Shown: positions 17,939 to 24,451, numbered from the stretch's first letter. The stretch is DNA of 60,333 nucleotides from Minisyncoccota bacterium (GCA_035385585.1 DAOOKJ010000003.1:1-60333), one strand, 5' to 3'. Numbers and translations: made by a program. The notes: a model not told the origin generated them from the letters alone.

Positions 17939-18091
17939 TTATAAGGCACTCATCAGGAGAAGAATTATAAGACACCAAGAAAATACTTGGAGCCTCGTCT
18001 TTCTCCTTTTATCCTCCACTTCCATAGAGATGAGGAGATGGAGGATCAACCCGTAACCAATAATGAGGCCACAAATAACAACGTATCTCAA
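17939..18091 (-). CDS. 50-aa two-TM mini-protein (TTG start, below the ORF-track cutoff)
   Basis: AAGGAGA, then 7 nt, then TTG. Translates to (M)RYVVICGLIIGYGLILHLLISMEVEDKRRKTRLQVFSWCLIILLLMSAL. It shares a C..G..LHL.I...V.D...F.W pattern with the 58-aa ORF. Confidence 0.5.
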   Translation of the reverse strand: MRYVVICGLIIGYGLILHLLISMEVEDKRRKTRLQVFSWCLIILLLMSAL

Positions 18092-18163
18092 TTTTTATTC
18101 TCCTTTGTCCCTGGCCTTAAAGGTTTAAGGGAGTTATCTCCCACCAGAGGGGTAGCTCAATAC

Positions 18164-18218
18164 ATCTTGCCACCATAAAAATTCTTAAAGATTTTATGAA
18201 TCTTTATGGTGGCAAGAT
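18164..18218 (-). repeat. Conserved hairpin H3, copy a
   Basis: atcttgccaccataaa pairs perfectly with tttatggtggcaagat. Repeated at 19018-19074. Confidence 0.7.
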
Positions 18219-18240
18219 ACAAAATAAGACATAGATAAAT

Positions 18241-18374
18241 TTCTCTTCCTTTTCAAGGTACTAAGAGGATTTCTCCTCCTTCAAACCTAATATCGGAATA
18301 ATAAGCTTGAAGGAAGAGAGGAGGTTTTAATTTTTTAAGCGGAGACCTCCTACTAATTTATAATGCAACTCCGC
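18241..18374 (-). repeat. Hairpin module copy 4 (H2 plus H1 plus gcggag/ctccgc hairpin)
   Basis: ttctcttccttttcaaggtactaagagga, then tttctcctccttcaa...ttgaaggaagagaggagg, then gcggagacctcc...ctccgc. Confidence 0.7.
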
Positions 18375-18387
18375 AAAATTCTACAAG

Positions 18388-18939
18388 TTAGTCTAGTAAG
18401 TCATTTTCCTCCCCTGTCAGAGCAAGAACACCATCTGAACTAATTTTATAAATGTATTCACTTGGTGCCCCGTATAATCGTCCCCCAACAGTCATTTTTA
18501 TCGTACTACCAAATCTACATTTTAATATCCACTGTCCACCACTACCCATTGCCCCTGCTGCTCCTTGAGCAATAACACCACTTAAAATCTCCTTTACTCC
18601 TTCTGATATTGTTATATCATTACTGCCTCGAAATCCAATATGTCCTCTAAGAACAATAATACATTCATTCTCTGTTTTATTCTCGTGAGCAATCAATTTT
18701 GGACGACCAGAATGAGTTTCACCTATCTCTCCATCAAATATTATAACATTTCCTTTTTCATCTAGTTCGTTCATCTCTTCCGGGGTCAAACCACTTACGG
18801 GTAAAACCCCGAGACGTCTTCCTCTTCCCTCTTCTCCTACCAAAATTGCGGGTATTGTGATTTCTTTATTGTGAAATATAAACAATTGCACAATACCTCC
18901 CATAAATACTGTTGAACCTTTAATTGTAAAAATCTTCAT
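18388..18939 (-). CDS. Hypothetical protein (183 aa, Gly-rich AQGAAGAMGSGGQ segment)
   Basis: AAGGAGG, then 5 nt, then ATG. Uninterrupted ORF, no motif recognised. Confidence 0.65.
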   Translation of the reverse strand: MKIFTIKGSTVFMGGIVQLFIFHNKEITIPAILVGEEGRGRRLGVLPVSGLTPEEMNELDEKGNVIIFDGEIGETHSGRPKLIAHENKTENECIIVLRGHIGFRGSNDITISEGVKEILSGVIAQGAAGAMGSGGQWILKCRFGSTIKMTVGGRLYGAPSEYIYKISSDGVLALTGEENDLLD

Positions 18940-19017
18940 TATATCCTCCTTTTACCCACCTGTATCTTTCGATATTCAGGCGTTCTAGTTGGATCCTAGA
19001 ACTTTTGGGTGTGGTAG

Positions 19018-19074
19018 CATCTTGCCACCATAAAAACTCCTAAAGATTTTATGAATCTTTATGGTAGCAAGATG
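19018..19074 (-). repeat. Conserved hairpin H3, copy b
   Basis: catcttgccaccataaa pairs with tttatggtagcaagatg. The single change relative to copy a is a C.A mismatch in plus sense but a G.U wobble in minus-sense RNA. Confidence 0.7.
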
Positions 19075-19093
19075 TAATTAGACAGTTCTGCAC

Positions 19094-19232
19094 TTCTCTT
19101 CCTTTTCAAGGTACTAAGAGGATTTCTCCTCCTTCAAGCTTAATATCCAACATATTAAACTTGAAGGAAGAGAGGAGGTTTTAACCCAACTTATAATTTA
19201 TATGGAGACCTCCCAAAACTCCACCTAAACCC
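19094..19232 (-). repeat. Hairpin module copy 5 (H2 plus H1 plus extension)
   Basis: ttctcttccttttcaaggtactaagagga, then tttctcctccttcaag...cttgaaggaagagaggagg, then ttttaaccc...atggagacctcccaaaactccac. Confidence 0.7.
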
Positions 19233-19442
19233 CTCGCTCTTTTCACAGTAGGTTAGCAAAACCTACCAACCTGGCTTTTGGTCTTTTATGGCCAGGTTAC
19301 TTATCGTCTTTCTCAGCCCTCTATTTTATCAAGGTGAGAAATAGCGATAGTCCCTCTTTGCTTCGGCTTTGGAGATGGTTCTCGCGAACCAGCCGATTCC
19401 CGCGGTCTGACGAGGGTTCCGCGGGAGATTACTTATAAAGTC

Positions 19443-19676
19443 CTACAACTCGACTTTATAAGTAATCTTTGCCTCTTTTCTCTCCAACACCCACCAGGGG
19501 TGGTGGAGAGCAATGAGGTCCTTCGCCTCTTCTTCCTCCCAGAGAATCTCCTCTGAGAGATTCCCTACGGAAGAAAGAGAAGCCATCGAGAAAACTACCC
19601 AACCGTAGTTCCTCGATAGAACCTCAAATTCCTTCTCCCCCATCCTAAGGAGAAGAAATTTTTTCTTTCCTTCCAT
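19443..19676 (-). CDS. Hypothetical protein (77 aa from the internal ATG)
   Basis: The track ORF starts at TTG 19700, but AAGGAGG sits 8 nt upstream of the ATG at 19676 (MEGKKKFLLL...). No motif recognised. Confidence 0.5.
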   Translation of the reverse strand: MEGKKKFLLLRMGEKEFEVLSRNYGWVVFSMASLSSVGNLSEEILWEEEEAKDLIALHHPWWVLERKEAKITYKVEL

Positions 19677-19968
19677 TTTTCTTTCCTCCTTCTGACTCAA
19701 AATTTCCCTGAGGGGCGAGTCACTCCTTGTTGATGGTTCAAACGGCTAAATTTAGCCTCCCACCGCACTAGCATTTTACTAGCCTCAGGTAGTTAGTTTT
19801 TTCTTTTTTGTCTTATTAAAAGCTCAAGACAAAAAAGAAAAATTTAGCTTTCCAGGGCTGCTAACCACAACCCCAACCAAGCTGGCTGCCTCATCAGTTT
19901 CAAGTAGCCAACCTGGAAAACCATTAGAAATGGTTTCGGCTTTGCTTGGTTGAAATAAAAAGATAAAA

Positions 19969-20000
19969 AAAGAGGGCTATACAAATATTTGTAGCCCTCT
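19969..20000 (-). terminator. Intrinsic terminator downstream of the 416-aa ORF
   Basis: Minus sense reads AAGAGGGCUAC-AAAUAUUUGUA-UAGCCCUCUU followed by UUUUUUAUCUUUUU. Confidence 0.6.
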
Positions 20001-20055
20001 TTTTTATTAATTTTTCTTATCTTATTTTCCTTATCTTAAGTTTTTTACTCTTTCT

Positions 20056-20156
20056 AACAAGTAGAGAGAGAATTAAGAGGGCTACTCAGAAATTCTCTCT
20101 CCACTTGTTAAAATCCTACTTTCAAAGTAAGCGATAAGCAAAATTGTAGCCCTCTT
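20056..20156 (-). promoter_or_regulatory. Set of mutually exclusive helices upstream of that terminator (attenuator-like)
   Basis: aacaagtagagagagaatt (20056-74) pairs with aattctctctccacttgtt (20091-109). This pair is interleaved with aagagggctac (20075-85) and gtagccctctt (20146-56). The latter 11-mers are the same as the two terminator arms. Confidence 0.3.
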
Positions 20157-20354
20157 TGCCTGCCTAAATTTTTGCTTCTCAAAAATTTAGGCAGGTAGAT
20201 TTTTCAATTTTCTCCTAATTTGAATCTACTATTTTCTAAATAATAAACTCAAAGGGCAAACTCTTTCTAAATTCGCCATATCTTGGTGAACTTGGATAGA
20301 GAAGGGAAGAGGAAGAAAGCCTCTTCCCTTACAACCCTTTATAACCCACTGCCA

Positions 20355-21605
20355 TTAGTCCCTTTCCTCCGTAGGGGGTCTATAATGTGTACGACCCCCT
20401 ACAGATCTTATTCCGAGTCCTACTCTACCCAGATTCACCCTTACGGTAGGGTGATCTGGGTGTTTAATTTCAATTATTTTTACATCATCGGGGAAAATAG
20501 CTATATAGCGTTGATGCCAACGACTATATAGCCACTGAACAGGAGAAGGAGAAAAAGTACAAGAAGAAGGATTAGGGGGGTCCTCTCCCACATAGCTGGG
20601 AGGGGGGATCTTTTTGACTTCATAATAATACTTCCCCTCCCCTATTCCATAATCATTGTCCACGGGGTAAAAATAGAGATCCCCTTGACGGGTTTCTCCT
20701 CCCCATTCATTTAACTTAGGATCTTCTCTCACTAAACTAAAAGAGAGAGAAGAATCTTCTCCTATTTTGATCTCCCACGCGAATTTTTTTCTTAGTGTGG
20801 TCCAGATGACTTCAACTCCCCAGAAACTCTTCTTATTATCTCCTTCATCATATAAAGGATTAACAACAAGACTTCCTTTTCCAGAAACAGTCCCAGCAAG
20901 GATGTAATAGGCTGATTTCCTCACACTATTATCATTATCATAGTAACAAAAGGGGAACCAACGAGGATCACATGCTTCCCTATAGACACCGACGGTGATT
21001 TTTCCCACCGGGGTGTCTAAAGTAGTTTGAAGACATTGGGAGCTTCTAAAAGCCCTTGCCCTCCAAAATAACGGCTGCATTTCTTGGGGAAAGAGGGAGG
21101 CATAACCCTTTTTATCTAGGGTCTCAATTAATTTTTGAAACCCCGATTCTTCTTCTATACCTCCTCTAGAAACATGTTGGGAATTAAAATACCCTAAGGC
21201 ATTTTTAGCTTCGCGGTAAACACTAATCCCAATTTCTAAATCCAATTCGGATTCTTCAACCACTTCTCTTAGCCCCTCAATGTAACAATAAATTGCTTTA
21301 TTGAGGGCTATTTGTTCCTCAGAATCCGAAACTAAGTAAGACCTTTTTATAATTCCAACCTCCACTAAGTAGGTCGGATTAGGCACGGAGGCCAATGCCT
21401 TACGTAATTCTTCACTCTTTAAAAAAGGAGTTATTATCCTTTTTTCTTCAATAAATTCTATCTTTTCTCCTTCTTGGGGAATATAATTTTCCCCATAACA
21501 CTTTATGTCTATAAACTTACCTTTATCCACACCCAACTCCCTACGAAGCTGGGCAATGCTTTTGCCGACGAAATCGCCGGCAACAAATATAATTATCTTC
21601 TCCAT
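20355..21605 (-). CDS. Hypothetical protein (416 aa from ATG 21605)
   Basis: AAGGAGG, then 5 nt, then ATG; the track GTG start at 21611 abuts the SD. Long uninterrupted ORF, roughly 45-50% G+C by spot counts, no motif recognised. Confidence 0.7.
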   Translation of the reverse strand: MEKIIIFVAGDFVGKSIAQLRRELGVDKGKFIDIKCYGENYIPQEGEKIEFIEEKRIITPFLKSEELRKALASVPNPTYLVEVGIIKRSYLVSDSEEQIALNKAIYCYIEGLREVVEESELDLEIGISVYREAKNALGYFNSQHVSRGGIEEESGFQKLIETLDKKGYASLFPQEMQPLFWRARAFRSSQCLQTTLDTPVGKITVGVYREACDPRWFPFCYYDNDNSVRKSAYYILAGTVSGKGSLVVNPLYDEGDNKKSFWGVEVIWTTLRKKFAWEIKIGEDSSLSFSLVREDPKLNEWGGETRQGDLYFYPVDNDYGIGEGKYYYEVKKIPPPSYVGEDPPNPSSCTFSPSPVQWLYSRWHQRYIAIFPDDVKIIEIKHPDHPTVRVNLGRVGLGIRSVGGRTHYRPPTEERD

Positions 21606-21611
21606 AGCCAC

Positions 21612-22495
21612 CTCCTTGCCCCTACCTGCCTCTTTTATGAGGTCAGGGCTTATGGGGTGCTAAATCCTTTCAGATTCGGCTTTAAAAAGATAAAGAATTA
21701 TCTCCTTAAAGCCGAATCTGAGAATTCATTTCAAAGAATTTCAAGGTATTTCTCTAAATCAAACAATACCTTAGTTTGATTTAGATATTACTAAGATTCT
21801 TGGGGATTTTATATTTTAAAGGTGCGAGAGGGTAAGGGCACGGATTGGATTGTGCCCTTACCATAAGTTGTGTCGAGTAAGCAAGGTCCCGCTTGCTTAC
21901 CCGCCTTGCTTTTTCAATTGTCTGAAAAAGCAAGGCGGACAAGCAAAGAAAAGTGGGTTAGGCTTTTCTTCTTGTCCCTCCTAATCGGATTTTTAATCCT
22001 AATTAGGGGTGATAGGGGTTAAAGAATTAAAAGGAGCAAAACTCAACAATTAATTCATTTAACGAAATTGAAATTAAACCCTCGTCTTGGTTTAATCCCA
22101 ATTATTTTCCCCTATCAATTTAAGACGAGAAAACTAAAAAATATTTATTTTTCAATTCACTCTCTCCTTGAATACTCTCTCCTTAAAGAAAGTGAAAGGT
22201 AAATATTTTTTAGTTTTTATTTCAAGGTGCTATATTTTGCTTATTTTGATAAAACGCTATCTCCCCAAGCTGAGGAGAGAATTAAGGATTAATTTAAATA
22301 ATTTAAATCCCTAATTTTCTCATTACCTTGGAATAAAAAAGCGGCTAAAGTTTATTTTCTAAGAAGAGAAATCGGGCTCTAATATCAAACTTTTAACCGC
22401 TTTTGCTTAATTTCCGGTATTAAGCTCACCGACTCTCTCCTTAAGTTATTTAATTATAGGGTGCTTTTTTTCTTTATTCTGCCTATTTTTTAAGT
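21612..22495 (-). other. ORF-free, hairpin-dense ~0.9-kb leader or candidate large structured RNA
   Basis: No minus-strand ORF of 60 aa or more. At least 12 helices of 9-18 bp, mostly perfect, for example 21671-85/21706-20, 21831-41/21852-62, 21901-14/21925-38, 22130-47/22200-17, 22337-53/22388-405. Lies downstream of two consensus promoters. Confidence 0.4.
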
Positions 22496-22501
22496 ATCTC
22501 A

Positions 22502-22530
22502 ACTATAGCACACTTTTAATAAAATGTCAA
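22502..22530 (-). promoter_or_regulatory. Sigma70-type promoter P2
   Basis: Minus strand reads TTGACA, then 17 nt ending in TGTGC, then TATAGT. Confidence 0.6.
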
Positions 22531-22582
22531 ATAGAAATTCCTCTTTAAGTTAGTTTTAACTTCTCACTTTATTTTGTCTTTA

Positions 22583-22611
22583 ATTATAGCACATTACAGC
22601 AAAAATGTCAA
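22583..22611 (-). promoter_or_regulatory. Sigma70-type promoter P1
   Basis: Minus strand reads TTGACA, then 17 nt ending in TGTGC, then TATAAT. Perfect hexamers with an extended -10. Confidence 0.65.
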
Positions 22612-22646
22612 GAAAAATTAAAAAAGGGGCAACTCCTTCCCCTTTT
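22612..22646 (-). terminator. Intrinsic terminator of the mraZ-ftsI operon
   Basis: Minus sense reads AAAAGGGG-AAGGAGUUG-CCCCUUUU followed by UUAAUUUUU, 33 nt after the ftsI stop. Confidence 0.7.
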
Positions 22647-22678
22647 CCTGTTTTCATTTTATTTTCAAATTCAATTTT

Positions 22679-24451
22679 TTACTCTATCTTCTCATCTGGG
22701 GGAATGTTGTAATAATTAATTAAAAATTGCTCTACTTCTTTAAAGGCTAAAGTCACGGTATGGCTGGCAGCGCTATTTGGGTCTATAGGCTTGTCCATTT
22801 TCACTAATATTAGGAAGCGAGGGTCTGAAGCCGGAAAAAATCCAACAAAAGTATGAATCTGATCATCTGAATATCCTCCTTTTCCAAATAAAGGAATCTG
22901 AGCTGTGCCAGTTTTTCCCCCTAAACTGTAACCTTTTATTTTGGCATTTCCTCCAAAACCATTTTCAATTACGGAAACAAGCATTGTGGTTAATGTCTGG
23001 GCAGTTTCTTTAGAAATTACCTGTTTTTGCTCTGGTTGGTCAATGGAATGATACACGCCATTTGAGTCTTCTATTGCCTCGACAATATATGGATTTACCA
23101 CTTTCCCTTCGTTTAAAAAAGCAGAATAAGCCCTTAATAAACCAATTGGAGTAACCGTAATTCCCTCGCCATAAGAGGCGGTTGCCAAATGGCTGGGGTT
23201 GGCTTTTGGATATTCCAAATTAGATAAATCGCCAGTAATTTCATTTGGCAGGTCAATGCCGGTTTTTTCATCTAAACCGAACTTTTTAAAATATTCTCTT
23301 AAATTTTGCATTCCAACTCTCTGGCCCACAAAAATCGCGCCGGTGTTAATAGAACGCTCTAAAACTTTTGTCATCGTCACATTTTTTCCATAAACTTCAT
23401 TCCGATAATTATTAATTCTATAACCAGAAATTTCAAAATACCCTTTATCATCATAAGTGGTCTCCGGCGTCACTTTTTTCAAGTCTATTCCTGCTGCCAT
23501 TGTTAAAGGTTTAATTACTGAACCTGGTTCATACATTTCTTCAACCGCGTAATTTTTATAAACTGAATAATCCTTGACTTCATTAAACTTATTTAAATTG
23601 AAAGTTGGCCAATTTGCCAAAGCTAAAATTCTGCCGGATTTTGCTTCCATTACAATGATTGAGCCTTTTACTGCCCCTCGGCCTTTGATTAAATTTTCTA
23701 AAGCCTCTTCGGTCTTAAACTGAACATTTTTATCAATAGTAATAATAAGATTTGCTCCTTCAACTGGGGCTTTATTTGAAGAAAAAAGAGAATAAATTAA
23801 TCTACCCAAAGCATCTCTAACGCCGGAATATTCACCAGGCTGACCAGATAAAATATCTTCATAATAAGATTCAAGTCCGTATCTGCCTTTTATTTTCCCA
23901 TCTTCTCCCTGAGAAACAAAGCCAATTGTTTGACTCAATAGACTATCAAATGGCCAGTAGCGAAATCTTTCTTCCTTAAAATAAATTCCCTTTATTGCCA
24001 TTTCTTTTATAATAGTCATTAGTTCTTCATCTTCAATCCTATTTACTAATGGTTCATAAGGATCGCCCTCTTTATTTAATCTATTAAAAATTTCTTCCTT
24101 CTTCAGGGACACATATGGAGCCAAAGCCTCACTTGTTTTCTGAGGGTCTTCTATTTCTTTTGGAACCGCATAAAGAGACCAATATTTTTTATTAATCGCC
24201 ACCGCGATCTTTTCCTTATCTTTGTCCTGGGTATAAATTAAACCCCGCTGGGGTAAAAGGGTGGCTTTGGCAGAATGAGTAACTTCCGCCAAAGCCCGAT
24301 ACTCTTCATGTTTTAAAATTTGGAGGTCAAATAAACGCACAGTTAAAATCGCAAAAAGGACAATAAAACCTAAATAAATAAAAAAAACTCTTCCAGAAGG
24401 ATTGATTTCTTCATTTGGAAGAATAATTTTTCGTTTATAAGACCGACGCAT
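22679..24451 (-). CDS. ftsI: Penicillin-binding protein, class B transpeptidase (FtsI/PBP2-like)
   Basis: N-terminal TM segment, SVIKP (SxxK), SIN (SxN) and KTGTA (KTG) motifs. Position follows ftsL. Confidence 0.9.
   Translation of the reverse strand: MRRSYKRKIILPNEEINPSGRVFFIYLGFIVLFAILTVRLFDLQILKHEEYRALAEVTHSAKATLLPQRGLIYTQDKDKEKIAVAINKKYWSLYAVPKEIEDPQKTSEALAPYVSLKKEEIFNRLNKEGDPYEPLVNRIEDEELMTIIKEMAIKGIYFKEERFRYWPFDSLLSQTIGFVSQGEDGKIKGRYGLESYYEDILSGQPGEYSGVRDALGRLIYSLFSSNKAPVEGANLIITIDKNVQFKTEEALENLIKGRGAVKGSIIVMEAKSGRILALANWPTFNLNKFNEVKDYSVYKNYAVEEMYEPGSVIKPLTMAAGIDLKKVTPETTYDDKGYFEISGYRINNYRNEVYGKNVTMTKVLERSINTGAIFVGQRVGMQNLREYFKKFGLDEKTGIDLPNEITGDLSNLEYPKANPSHLATASYGEGITVTPIGLLRAYSAFLNEGKVVNPYIVEAIEDSNGVYHSIDQPEQKQVISKETAQTLTTMLVSVIENGFGGNAKIKGYSLGGKTGTAQIPLFGKGGYSDDQIHTFVGFFPASDPRFLILVKMDKPIDPNSAASHTVTLAFKEVEQFLINYYNIPPDEKIE

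Noticed and set aside
17935-17965. Hammerhead ribozyme core, because CUGAUGAG occurs on the minus strand.
   Set aside because: No GAAA element and no stems I-III arrangement follow it. The string lies inside the codons LLMS of the 50-aa ORF.
17987-18178. Track ORF of 63 aa on the plus strand.
   Set aside because: It is antisense to the SD-led 50-aa ORF, has a TTG start without an SD, and runs through conserved hairpin H3.
16574-19230. Plus-strand mini-ORF starting ATGGA(A/G)ACCTCC (METS...) after an AGGAGG inside the module extension.
   Set aside because: The reading frame is 19, 4 and 8 codons long in the three copies, and SD spacing is 13 nt or more. Conservation is better explained by RNA pairing.
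16499-19232. A possible CRISPR array, given the repeated hairpin-forming units.
   Set aside because: Units are about 95-240 nt, not 24-48 nt. Spacing is irregular at about 430-860 bp. The intervals contain SD-led ORFs. No cas genes or leader are present in the window.
16499-19232. Integron gene-cassette array with the hairpin modules as attC sites.
   Set aside because: The co-directional promoterless ORFs separated by imperfect inverted repeats are suggestive. However, I find no RYYYAAC/GTTRRRY core pair bounding the modules (GGGTTAAAAC does not fit). No intI or attI is in the window, and each ORF has its own long leader. The idea is not excluded and is worth an attC covariance-model (HattCI/IntegronFinder) scan.
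20283-21779. Track plus-strand ORFs 20283-20531 and 21474-21779.
   Set aside because: Both are antisense shadows of the 416-aa gene or of the structured leader. Neither has an SD or a recognisable motif.
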